Of a stretch of 64,000 nt of DNA, positions 37,475 to 50,641 are shown piece by piece; positions within the stretch are counted from its first letter, which is position 1; each line of letters opens with the position of its first letter. The notes beneath the pieces were generated by a model. It worked only from the letters and a program-made list of their open reading frames with translations, did no database searches and was not told the origin of the DNA. The translations under genes and the position numbers were made by a program. Source of the stretch: Mytilus edulis (taxonomy: Eukaryota); the NCBI RefSeq assembly GCF_963676685.1, contig NC_092348.1, positions 67,394,001 to 67,458,000 of the forward strand, read 5' to 3'.

Positions 37475-38242
37475 ACATATAAGTAACTCTTTATAAATAT
37501 GGTGCGCTATAAGCGAATTTATGCATGGATTTACCTTCATCAGTAACGTTCAAATGCATCATTGATGTATAAATACGTCGATATTTTGGGAACCTGCTAC
37601 TTGACCCCAAAAGGACATAACAGAACGGCATTTAAGGTAAACTTTGCCTGAAGGGAGTTTGAACCCTTGAAAAAAACTTCTATTGAATACAATTAGTTAT
37701 CAATGCACACATAGTACTCTAAGAACATGGATCCGATAGATATAAGAAAATGTGGTATGAGTGTCAATGAGACAGCTCTCCATCCATGTACAGATACAAA
37801 CTGTGTCACATGACATTAGATGGCATAACGTCATAATTACGGTATTTCTTTGGCAACGTTGCCAGTTTGTTAACCTGACTTCGACAGTGTACCCGCTTTT
37901 TGAAAATTTGGAACTTAATTAACCATTTGTCGAAGATTTAGTTATATAGAGACTTATATAATAATCTATATTGGTTTACTTTTTTCAAATTGGGACTTGG
38001 ATGGAGAGTTGTCTCGTTGGCACTCATACCACATCTTCTTTTATCTATTAAAAAACAAGAGATGGAACGAAAGAACATTTTAGTGACTGAACCAAACTAG
38101 TAATGAGTTAATTGATCACAAAAGAGTAAAACAGATATGAGAGAGAGAGAAAAAAAATAGAAAACGAGATTTAATTACACCAAAGAAGAGAAAATAAACC
38201 AGTTTTAGTGTAATATTTCCTTATATTTTTTTCAGAATTGAA

Positions 38243-41200
38243 ATGGAGATCCATAGTAGCAGTCTTGAATGGAATGTCCGTAATTTAATGTTATCGTTGC
38301 TGCACGTTGCTTTCGGGTAAGCAATCACTTCCATTTCTTATGATATATGTCGGCACTGCTGTTAAATTTGAATAGATATAAATTTTCTGGCGTTACGTTT
38401 TACTATTTTTAATCTAAGACTGAATACAATCGCTTGAATTAATTGTAAAAGTCAAATTCGCATATTTATATAACATTTTAAAACTATTCTATTCCTTTTT
38501 TTAAAGAATAACATTCAGTGTGACTTTATTACTGTCTTTGAGAATTATTTTGTTGAATGGGTGGTAATTTTGCAGGATGAACAGCGGTACATTAATTCTG
38601 ACTAGTTATTGTTTTCACTTTCAGTGAAATAGAAGCTAACGTTATGTCTGGTAATTGCAAAGAGATTGAAATACCTCAGAATAACAGAGAATCCGAAAGG
38701 GAGGGAAACGAGTATGTAAGATTCGCTTTCTTGAAGGATGTAAATAACTCAGAAAGTAACAATCTTATTGAGGCATTGGATCTTAAAGATGAAAAGGAAG
38801 CAACAAACACAGATGACAAATGTGCTGCTTTCTACACGTCCGTCAGAGATGCTGAATACAATAAACTTGTTGAAGCATATGACAAAGAAAAGATAATCAA
38901 AGAAGAAAAGGAGAGAAAGAGGATATCAAGAGACGAAGAAAAGTTAGATTCGACTGAAGTCATATCAGCCAAAGAAGTAACAGACGAAGGCGAATATGCT
39001 GATTTCTACAAATCAGTCAGAGATACTGAATACAATAAACTTGTTGAAGCATATGTCAAAGAAAGGATACTGAAAGAAGAAAAGGAGGCAAATATAAAAA
39101 CAAGAGAGCAAGAAAATGTAGATTCGTCTGAAGACATATCAGACGAAGACGAATGTGCTGCTTTCTACACGTCCGTCAGAGATGCTGAATACAACAAACT
39201 TGTTGAAGCATATGACAAAGAAAAGATAATCAAAGAAGAAAAGGAGAGAAATAAGATAACAAGAGAACAAGAAAAGATAAAAAAGCAATTTGAAGAATTC
39301 TGGAAACCAGCCGCTGACATTGATTCTCTGCGGCATGTTTCCCAAAAGGTATTTACAATCATATTTTTTTTTAATTCTATTTTTCTTCCACTTTCAAAAT
39401 CTTCTGAGTATTGGGTGTTAGGGAACGTAACGGTAGATTTTTTTAACCGCGGTGTTTATTGTTTTGTGTACAAACCCCTAGTATCAGCGTTAATATCAGA
39501 AACAATTGTACTTTTCTAGAAGCTAGCGTCCAATCAACCATCAGTTCATTGTGTTTTTTTCTTCTGCTTAAAACATTTTTTAATTGACTTGTTTTTGATA
39601 TTGTGCATTGAGAGCAAAACTGTTTACTTTTCGTAATTTTCATATCTTCTCATATTTTTTTCTTTTCGAAAGCCGAATGACAGTAAAGAGAAGGCTTGTG
39701 CTTCACAACAATATCTACATCTTAAAGTGGAACCAATAGAGAAAAGACAAACAGGACCCTTCCTATCACCGGTGAAAGAAGAAAGAGTAAAATCATTTGT
39801 GAGAGAACAGCATTACAATTATCAAAGCTTCCAAAGTACCGATGTGAGGAATGCACCTATCAACAGTAAGCATATATAGAAATTATTTTTCTAGTGAAGT
39901 GGTTTTAAAAAAGATACAGAAACACAAATGAAGAAGTAAATAAATTTCGTGACCGATTGGAAATAAAATCCCAATAAATAACACATAATAGTTATTCACT
40001 ACGGAACCCTTAACGCAAATATAAGAATACGGAAATGTGGTATGATTGCCAATGAGACAACTCTCCACACACCACGTTTTGGCTAAGATTCATCTATATG
40101 TTATAAGATAATACCAGTTTTATATACCAAATCAACAGTATAAACGGTATCAATTATACTGCACCTGATCGAGCACCTGATACGCATTTCAATAATAAAT
40201 GTCTCTTCAGGGATACTGAAAATTGTAAAACGAACTTTGAAGAGCTGAAGAAACCAAAAAGGACCTAACGTATAAAACATATCACACACAAAAAATGAAA
40301 ATTACAAGTAAGGAAGCACATGTCATTTTTTGGTGTTTCAACGGTGTGTGCTATCTACTTTCAAGTTTATAATTGAGGAACATTCTTGCTTTGCTTTTCA
40401 GGAGAACTGGACACAGCTGTAACAATTAGTGAAACTGTTCCCAATAAGAGGGGTTCTCTTCAACGGATGGTCAACAAAGTATTTAAGGTAAACGATATTG
40501 ATATTGTAATAAACAATTAAATTGCAGTTAACTTGAGAAAAAACGGAATTTTACAATATTCACATGCACTGGTGTAGTAAGTACTCTGCCTGCCTATTAG
40601 CCTCTGTCATAATGAAACAAAATATCAAAATTACACACAGGTAATCCATTTTTTAACATGACAGGCTTAAAAAGACGTAACACTTTGATTTGCTCTATTT
40701 TTCAGAGAAGCAAGCCTTCAACAAAAGACATCAATGATAACCAGCTTGTGTTAAAGGATGAACTAAAGTTAGATTTGTCGACATTGGATGATATAACTGA
40801 GGATGAAGGTAATTTATATCATATCACCTTTTTCTATCTAACATAGTTGCCATTTTATAACCTTGGTGGATTTTCAGTTCATAATGAATCTTATCAAATG
40901 TTGCATATCATCAGTAATTGTAATTCAAATTTTTCATGAAAAACTTTGAAAATTAAAACTGATTTTTTTTTTATACAATGTTTTACAAAGTATGTTCTCA
41001 ACCTCCAATTAAAGATGAGATTGCAAATAGCGAGTGTGTAAATAAATTTATCTTACTTTCACCTCTCCTATGTTAATAGTACATGTCCATTTTCTTTTAG
41101 ATATACCAGACACATCAAGAACGTCAGACAGTGAATGGTTCAGTATTAGTTTAAGTGACACAGAAGAAACGCCAAGACCACATTTAAGGCCATTCTTTTC

Positions 41201-41381
41201 ACCACTAGTGGAAGACATACATGTTTCAACGATTACTAGTAAAACTAAAGAATCTGTAAAAGAAATAGAAGTTGACTTTCCGCCCAAACCTAGCAGTGGA
41301 TTCATGGGCTTTCGACAGTGGTTCTGTCAACTATTTTGTTGTCATAGCAAACCTGATGAAGATGTTGATCATTGTATATAA
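38243..41381 (+). CDS. Uncharacterised acidic protein with three internal helical repeats, ~486 aa, 6 coding exons
   Basis: Exons 38243-38316, 38625-39348, 39673-39865, 40402-40487, 40706-40808, 41101-41381 join in frame with GT-AG sites; no family recognised. Confidence 0.7.
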
Positions 41382-44300
41382 TTCCTTTCGTTGTTTATTT
41401 ATTAAAACTTTTATTTTATTTAAATCTTTGATTTATGTTTATGATTGTTAAGCTAAGTACCTGTAATTCGTAAGTTGCTGTTTGTCATATCTGTCATAAG
41501 ATCGTACATTGACTTATAGTGTTAACATCCTCATACATTGGTCTCTGGTTGGCCATGTTCTCTTTAGCAATTCATATCTCATCCAGACAAGTGTGGACAC
41601 AGATGAGTGTGAAAAGTATTTTTGAATGTTTAACAATGTTTTCCGACAAAACAAAGTTTTCTGTGTTTTTTATTCAGTGTTCTATGTTAAAATATGTGAC
41701 ACAGTGACAACCATCCTAAATATAAGACCAGTATCCAAACACTAAACATTTGGTGTCGGTATTTCAATATTATTTTTATGTTTTATATTGTCACGGAGGA
41801 GGCACTATTTGTACATGTTGTGTGGATTACCAGATGATTCTGTTAAAACATGTTCCAATACTTTGATTTTGCATTATGTAGTCTTAATGTGCAAGAAGGT
41901 TTATGAGAACCTGTATCTTTGTTCTTTTCAATGTATGGTTCTATTAATACCATTCTGGTGGTCATTTATTTCTTGGAACCATACATTATTTAAGGATACT
42001 CCCAGTTTTAGGAGTAAAAGATTTCGTTTAAATGTTCGAAATTGTTTCGTAGAAGATTTCTAATAGTTCAAAGTGATGCATGCACATGGTGATAAATGAG
42101 TAAGAAAATACACTCCTGTTGTATTACACATGTACAAGTATTTTAATTGTTTATTTGAAAATGTATTTTTGTTTACTATTATCCAAGACCTGATTGAAGT
42201 TGAAGTGACATATAAGGATCGTAATGGTGCAACGTGGATAAATTTATCGGTTTCAAAGAGCTAAATTGGTAGCGCGTCATCCCTACAATGGCTTCCATTT
42301 CTACGATTGTAAAAATAAACTGGCGTAATGGGGAGATAATTTTTACGAAGTAGAATCCTGACTGCTTAGTCGGCACATCAAAAGGAACATTCATGCTATG
42401 TTTGATTTCCTTCCATTCAGCGGTTCTCTCAAAGAAGACATTTGTATGTAGTTCTCATAGGGTCCTATGTTAACTAAGTCCCCCGCTGGCGTCCATCTTG
42501 AATGATGGATCAGCTAAAAAAAAAAACAAGACATGGTCAACACCTCATAAGGAACATTCATGCCAAGTTTGGTTTCATTCCATTCAGTGGTTCTCTAAAA
42601 GAAGACATTTGTATGTATTTTCCCAAAGAGTCCTATGTTAAACTAAGTCCCCCGCTGTCGGCCATTTTGGATGATGGATAGTCTACAAAGTAACAACATT
42701 TGGTAAGCACCTCATAAGGAAAATTCATGCTATGTTTGGTTTTATTCAATTCAGTTGTTCTCTAGAAGAAGTTCAAAATGTAAAAAGTTAACGATGGTGA
42801 CGGAAGACGGACGCCAAGTGATGAGAATAGCTCACTTCGGGGCAGATGAGGTAAAAAGGTGTGCATATGGCCCCCACATAAGACAATGTATGGAGTTGGA
42901 CAAGCAAAAGTCTATACATATACGTAGCTCCTTAAGTGGGGCCCTGATCTCTGCCTCTGCAATACAGGTTTAATATGTGAAATAGATCCCAGATCCTACC
43001 TTACAAATTCCTGTAAATAGCTTTACAGTGTACTCCATCTTAAATTTCAACATAATTCTTGTAGTTTCAGACTATAAACAGTTTAACATAATCAGTGATT
43101 CTTATAGGTTGAAATTTGAAGTATCTTTTAGTAAAACATAGGATTGTCTCTGAGAACCATTCTGAATTTATGATAAGAAACAGAATCATGGTGATATCAT
43201 TTGTATGATCAGCTACTAGTATATAAAGTTGTCTAATTCTAAGGGAACTCAAACTTCCCAAAACATTTTTTCCATCTTAAGAAACTTGAATGATGATGAG
43301 TCATTGACATAGGTGGAAGACAATTCAATACAAGAGGTCAAATTAGTAAAACAATATTTGATGAGGACCACGTTTGCAATTCACCTTACGCTGTCAACAC
43401 GATTATTGAATAAATTAACAGTACTAGTAAAATGTTTTAATTATGACCATGCAAACTGTATGGCCCTGGATATGATGGTAAAAAGAATGAACAGTTTAAA
43501 AGAAGTCTTGATGATTTTTCAAATTTGGTGTTATTTTAAAAGCTAACTTGCAAATTTGAATTTTGAATCCAGGTGTGCTAAAAGTTACTTACCCACTTCC
43601 TCTACTCTTCGCTGTTGTTTGCTTTTCCTTAATGGAGCCCTTGGTACATCCCGTTTCCTTTAAGTCATTTTCTAGTGTGTCTCCATGTTGCTTTTTGTCT
43701 CCTTTTTTTCTTCTAATGTCCATCTAAGGGCTACCTTTGTCATGTCTTCAGATGGTTTGCGTAGAACATGACCAAGCCACCTCCATTTCTTTTGTATCAG
43801 CGAAGACTACATGTCCTTGGTATTGGTAATCTCATGTAGGTCTTTTTGGAGATTTTGTTTGGCCAGAATATTTTCATTATCTTCGTCAGACATGTGTAAT
43901 GGAAGCTGGAGAGTCTGTTGATATCTTTCTCAGTGATTAGCAGGCACTCTGGGCCATATACGACGTATATGTTTTCCAGATGTTGCAAAATCTAATGAAT
44001 GCTGATCTAGCTTTTCCTTTTCTGATCTTTATATCAATTTCTGAACTACCTTCTGTTATACAACTTCCTAGGTACTTAAAGAGTCTACTGTTTCCAGCTG
44101 TTTCCCTTCTACAAATATAACAAGCAGAATCTCTGTGTTGAGGTACATTAACTTTGTCTTTTTTGCATTGATCTCTAGTCCAATCATCTTTGCATTTTCT
44201 TCTAGCTTTTTGGTCCTGCATATGATCTTCGGTATGCGATCAAGTGCTAAATCATCAGCATAGTCTGGATCCTCAAGTAGTGTCCAACTCAGTCCGGTGT

Positions 44301-44743
44301 TACTTTCTGTTAGGGATGTTCTAATTACCAAACCAATGACAATAAGAAAAAGCACAGATGACATACGACATTCTTGCCGTAATCCTCATTTTACAAGGAA
44401 ACTGGTGTTAGCTTCAGTGTTGATGGTACACGATAAGTTTGTATATAATTGCTTGATGAGTTGCACTATCTTGCTCGGTTTTCCACAGCTTCTCAAAACG
44501 TCCCAAAGACTTTCCCAGTGTAAGCTGTCAAAGTCTTTTTCGAAGCACTCATGGCACTGTAATAAGTTGGTTCGTGGGACAAATTTGTGGTCTATGCAAC
44601 CTCAACCTTTTCTGAAACCAGCTTGTTCTTGTCGTAGTTTCTTATCCACGGCGTCTATAATTCTCGATATTAATCAAAAGACCTTACTTGGAATAGATAG
44701 TAAGGTGGTTCCTTTCCAGTTGTTGCAGCTAGATGAGTCTCAC

Positions 44744-46545
44744 ATCATCAAATTTTATTTCCTCCCAGGGCCGTAACTACATTGAGGCAAATGAGGCAAA
44801 TGCCTCATGATGGAAATTTCAAAAAAAAAAAAAAAAAAAAAACGAAACAAAATTTAAGATTGTTTTCATATCAAATTGTTTTCACGGAAATTGTCTTGCA
44901 AGACGCAAGTTCTCTTTACTCTCAGATGTCGCTCTTGCATGATTATCGTGGTCCATGCTTCTTTTTTTATTTTTAGTCTTCAGAGTTGATGGTCTGTTGT
45001 TTGTACTTCTGTGTCCCGGGTTTGTCTTTAATTTGTTCATTTATTAACCCACTTTATGACTATATAGATATAGGAAGATGTGGTGTGAGTGCCAATGAGA
45101 CAACTCTCCATCTAAATAGTCTGAGTGTTGATTTTCATTTGTAAACGTGTGGTTTTGCAATGTTGCATGTCCACCAATGTCCAGACATTGTACGAGAAAA
45201 TATTTTAAGAATATTTACGATGCTACTGGACACAGAAAAATATGGTCGTTTCGGCTTGGAGAATTGAACTTGATATCAAAGAATACAAAACTGGCTCTTT
45301 TTGTTGTAGATACAACTAGATAGCTGACATAGTTTAAATTAAAGTAAGACCACCAATTTCCCGGTATCAAATCATCTATAAAACATCAATGTATTGCCAT
45401 ATGATCTTTTACATTAAATGGTTAAGTCCGACTGTCGTGTTCAGACCCTTAGACAGAAAATAAAAGAAGATGGAGTAAATGTGCACGAGTCATTATCTCA
45501 CACAAAATTAATGCATAGAAAAAATACAAATGAACAATGGTCAAATTTTTATTCTTCATCTTGATAGTTTCTGGAGGATCTTTAACAATAAAAGAATCAT
45601 TAATACCGTAAAACAAGGTCAAGTTGATCCTTAGTGTCGACTTTTTTCGCCTCGCTACGCTCGGCGAATATATTTTTGCCTCACTATTAAAAGAGGCTAG
45701 TTACGGCCATGCCTCCTATAGGAGATTGACATAAGACAACATGCAAATATTATGTACAATTATAAAAATCTCAAAATTAGAAATGTCAATAGCTTAACAT
45801 TTTGAATGGACAAGTATTTACAGTTTACAGTATTTTAGGGAGGAAAATCCTTCGTCAATGACTTCCAAACGATGTTTTGATATTAAAATGTCATAGAGAT
45901 CTTCATGATTGCCAAGCAAAAGATCTGAGAAACCGTTGTGTACACGAAATTGAAACTAGTAAATTCAGTTAATCTGTTATATAGTGAAAGTCTTTGTAGT
46001 TCTGTGCACATACATATTTGGTGGTTCAGTATATCTAGAACAAAGTGTCCACACAGTTTGAAATTTCAGCTAGTAGGAGGAATAGTCCAAAGTTTAGCTA
46101 TATGTTTCGCGGTTAAAAGTCTGCCACTAATTTTTGCATATTGCCACAGGAAATCATAGTTATTGCTTTCAGATAATCTTAAAAAATTGACAAAATCGTT
46201 GTATCTGCGCATTCGCTCTTCCTTTTGGAGTCTTTCAATTGAGTAAACAGCACTACTGACAATGTTTTTCCATTGAAACTTGGTCGGGAATGTGCCTGTA
46301 AACATATAGTTTGTCCAAAATTTCAAAAGGGAGTACTTTGATAAAATGTTAATTGCATCTGGGATGAATCCATATTGTTTTCTACATGTATCTCCGAAAA
46401 ATTGGTATAGTCTGTAGATGAAAATTTGTTTTGTAAGATATTTCGTCTTCATTTCACAAAGTTTACATAGGAACATCAGTTTCCGTTTTTCAACTTATAC
46501 TGGTAGTCTCTCGAGGTTGATCATCGCTTCAAACATATCTGACCG
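44744..46545 (-). mobile_element. 5'-truncated second LINE inserted in the RTE element
   Basis: 23-bp duplication TGTTGCAGCTAG(A/T)TGAGTCTCAC at 44721-44743 and 46546-46568; ORF remnant 46476-46066 resembling a LINE ORF2 C-terminus; 3' end AATAAAATTTGATGAT. Confidence 0.7.
44766..45711. mobile_element. MITE with CAG/CAT termini and 5-bp TSD (hAT5-like)
   Basis: CAGGGCCGTAACTA / TAGTTACGGCCATG; CCTCC on both sides. Confidence 0.7.
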
Positions 46546-49281
46546 TGTTGCAGCTAGTTGAGTCTCACGATTTTGGGATTGTAATGATGTTACCGTCAGA
46601 ACAACTGTCAGCTTGTTCCAATATTCTCTTGAATACTGGGTGTAAAGTATATACTGCTAGCACTGGATCTATCTTGAAAGGTTTTGCATTTAGTTTTTCT
46701 ATCCCATGTGTCTTTTTTGTTTTTCAAGCTTTTAATGCCTTTACGTATTTCATGTTTTGAAGGTGGATCTGTATCTATCTCTACGTCTATGAGCGTTTCA
46801 GGAATAATTCCTAATTAGTCTGGATCTTTGCGGTTAAGAACCTCTTGAAAATGTTAGTTTCATCTTAAGTATTGATCTCGTTCTGTTGTTTGGTCTTTAA
46901 TTGGCATATCACCTAGCATTTTTACTATTTAGTTGTTTAGTTACTTGATAAATCTGTCCAATTCTCTGATTTGAAGCTGCACCTTTTGCTTCTCTTGCTA
47001 GGTCTTCTGTAAAATCTCTCTTGTTCTTTCTTGTTGCATTCTGTATACTTTCTTCTTAGTTTGTCCTTAAGTTTTGAAATATTTTGTTATTTATTTCTTT
47101 TCTTTCATCTATCAATTTCTAAGTATCAGGTGTTATCCGTTCTTTGTGTATTTGTCTTTTGAATCCTAGTACCTTTTTACAGATGCCATGAATGTGCTGC
47201 CATTCATCATTGACTGACATTGTGTTTGTATCGTCAGATGTGAGGTTATTTAATAGCTGAAACCTGTTCTTTATTTCTTGTTTAAAACTCTTGCTGGATT
47301 TTTTGGTATTATAATTTACTAACATCAAATTTCCTGTTCACGTTTACATAGGTAGACAAATTTTGAAGTTTCAGTTTGATGTTTGCAATTACTAGATGGT
47401 GGTCACTAGCAATATCTGCAACCCTTATAACACGTATATCTTGCAATGATCTTTTCCACTTTCCATTGAAGTTAATGTGGTCTATTTGGTTTTTGTCTCG
47501 TTCATTTTCAGAAATCCATGTCACCTCATGTATATCTCTGTGAGGAAAGATAGTGCCCCTATAACTAATTAAGTTATTGGCACCACATAAATTTAATTAA
47601 CGTTCTCAATTGTCGTTGATTTTGCCACACCTGTATTTTTCCATTACTACATGTAGTACTCTTTCATTCTCAACGTAACCATTTCCAACTTGGTGTTTAC
47701 ATTACCCATCAATATTGTAACATCATGTTTTTGGTACTTTTTTCTATTTCAGATTGTAGAGCTAGATAGAAATATTTTCTCTTCATCCTCTGCTTCATTT
47801 GTCATTCATAGCATTTCATGATGGCAAGTTTTCCCTGTCTTGCTTTGAAGCAAGCTCTCGTGATCATTATTCATACTTTATCATGGATTTTGTTATGTTT
47901 CTGTTCACTATAATTGTTACTCCTCATTGGTGTTTTTCGTCGTTTCTACCTGAATACACAATTGTTCACCTGTACTTCTTTTTACCAGATACTGTCCCAT
48001 CTTCATTCACTAATACCTAGCAGGTGAAGTTTGTATGCTCTCATTTCTCTGATAACTTGATCTTGTGTTCCTGTTTCGTACATTGTTCTTACATTACAGC
48101 ATCCGATTTTCAGTTTTGTTCTTGTGCTCAAAATACTTTTCATGTTGTCAGCTTCCGTTTGGCTTTCACTGACATCATTCATACTTGCAGATGTCTGCTG
48201 GTACTCTGATCTTACGAGATGAGATAAGTTTTTACTTGTCTTTGCTTCCGTAACTGCATTTTTATCATGAGACGAGATAGTTGGTCTTGAGCTCAACCCC
48301 AAACCTGGAGGGCCAGTGGATTATATATTAATTATAAGGTTCCAGTCCTCTAGATTAGTTGTCAACCAAGGCTTGCGTTTCATAATCTGAACGGATTTGT
48401 TCGAGTTGTCTTTCTTAAATAGTTTGCCTTCTGTGCTTATGACTCCTATATAGTCAAACTATTTACCCGTTGATGCGTGCCATGGTATGTCCACACATTG
48501 ATTAGCATACACACTGCATCTTTTATGCCCTTACTACTCTGAGATCCCCAAGGCAGTTCCACCTGACCTCGAAAGATCAGTTACAAGTGTTACCAACGGG
48601 GAGGATACTGCTTGAGTTTTGTTAATGTAGAGGCTGTATACTGGCAGGAAAGACTTAATAAACTCAACTCTCTTTTTACATAAAATATGTTAGCCAGCTG
48701 CGATAAGAACCATATAAATAGATCTACTGCACTGGACGTATAACATTACCATGTGGAAGGTACACCACCAAAAACGAGCTAAAAGTAAGAAAAGCACTAT
48801 GTACTGATTGCTTATCTATAAAAAGAAAAAGACACTTGTTTTTTTTAACTTTTTTTATTCATCATTTAAATTATCATATAAAACCAACAAAAAAAAATAA
48901 CAATATTTACATAAAATAACATGCTTTAAAAAGGAAATATTCATAACAAGACATTTTGTACCTGACAAAAATGTGGCACTTTTGGTACAAAAATGAACAC
49001 TACATATTTACAACTGGGTAAACATTTACATCTAGCTGAAACTTGTGAGAATATTCAATAATATCAATCCTATCTAAAGGTTTTTATATTGACACAGAAA
49101 CATTTTCTTCTCTATGCTATGAATACTATGAATAAATTCAACATTTTTTTAAAAGAAAAAATTCTTCCAAAATCAAAATCAGAATTTACATAGTCATTCT
49201 GCATGAAAAGAATATTTATAATAATCATACACATAAAATATATATGTGAACATTATGAAAATTCAAACAAAACCATATATA

Positions 49282-50641
49282 TGTCGAGTACAAGTTGCAA
49301 TTTTGTACAGGTTATAACATGTATAAAAATATTGTACATGTCATAATTTGTACAATGCTAAAATTTACAGCATGCATAAAATACTAGATTTTCATGCATT
49401 TTAGAAACAAGTTTTTTTTTACTTCTTGCTACAAGACAGAGACATTTGACACTTTGAATTATATAAAACTTTCCTTCTACATTTACACCTCCCAGTCTTT
49501 CAGTACAGCTGCCTTTCTCACATACACCTTATCGCTAATCCTGGCTGACCCGGCAGCTTGAACTTTTGACGCATACAACAATCACTTTTCCATTGTGGCA
49601 TCAGATATTTTGTTTTGTGCATTCAAAAATTTACGGGAACCTGTGTGATATCCAGTAATGGCGGACAAATAGTGATAAGGTGTATTGACAATGCACAAAA
49701 CCTTGCCCTCTACTCAATGATAACTTACTCACTATCTCATGTATTGCTCTCACAATCATATCACTCATTGACACTTCAAACACATTTAAAGTTGAATTTG
49801 CAAAAAAATGAACATGGTTTCTACTCAAGTATCCTTTTTTTTTGTCCAACATTAGTTCCAATTTTAGAGACGCCATGTTCATTCACATTCATCACCACGC
49901 CTTCAATGTTTCTCTCATATATCTACCCTGTGTTTATTTTGAATATTTTGAACCAGAAAAGCTCAAGTGCCAGAAATTTTTTTTCCATCTCAACATTTGG
50001 TTGAGATTAGATGGTTTACCAGGCATGTTCAGGATAGATTATCAATGGACGGAATAGGAACGACAACTTTATCATCTTCGGAGAGAACAGTTAATATGTT
50101 TTTTTGTCGAAGCATCAGCTTGTATCTGCTGGCCAGAAATGGCCCTCTTTCATGCATACTTGATGTCAAGTTCTCAGACAGTCTTGGTAAATGGGTCTTC
50201 ACTATCTGTATTATTGAATACAGAACTTGCTTCAAATATTGCTTTTAAGTCTTCTTCTGTTTGAATACGAGATGAGAATACTGCATAATGCTTATTGACT
50301 ACATGTGTATTTCAAAAGCATTTTTTTAGGTATTAAGTAATTATAAAAACTATTTATTTGGTCATTAACTGTGTCAAAAAGGTATCAGACTAACAGAAAT
50401 GGACAATAACAAAAAAATGATGAAAATATTATTGAAGTTAGGGTAATAAGAGAATCATATTTTAATTTTCCAATTTTGTACAAGAAAAACCATTTTTAAG
50501 CAATATTTTGTACATTTTATAACATGTATGAGGTACTTTGGTACATGTTATAACTTGTATTTTTGCATTGTACAAATTATAACATGTACAATATTTTTGT
50601 ACATGTTATAACCTGTACAAAATCACAACTTGTACACGACA
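49282..50641 (-). mobile_element. Ginger2/TDD-like (KRBA2/SCAND3-type integrase) deletion derivative
   Basis: TGT...ACA TIRs of ~60 bp, TATA TSD; decayed integrase C-terminal remnants VVVPIPSID, GVVMNVNEHG, KKGYLSRN, LSLSRGQGFVHC. Confidence 0.7.

Larger units (their letters stand above)
43585..48330 (-). mobile_element. Decayed RTE-clade LINE (APE endonuclease + RT), interrupted by nested insertions
   Basis: KIGCCNVRTMYETG, LGISE, KNQIDHI, ADIASDHHLV, NNWKGTTLLSIPSK, DYADDL, FKYLGS fragments with many stops and frameshifts. Confidence 0.85.
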
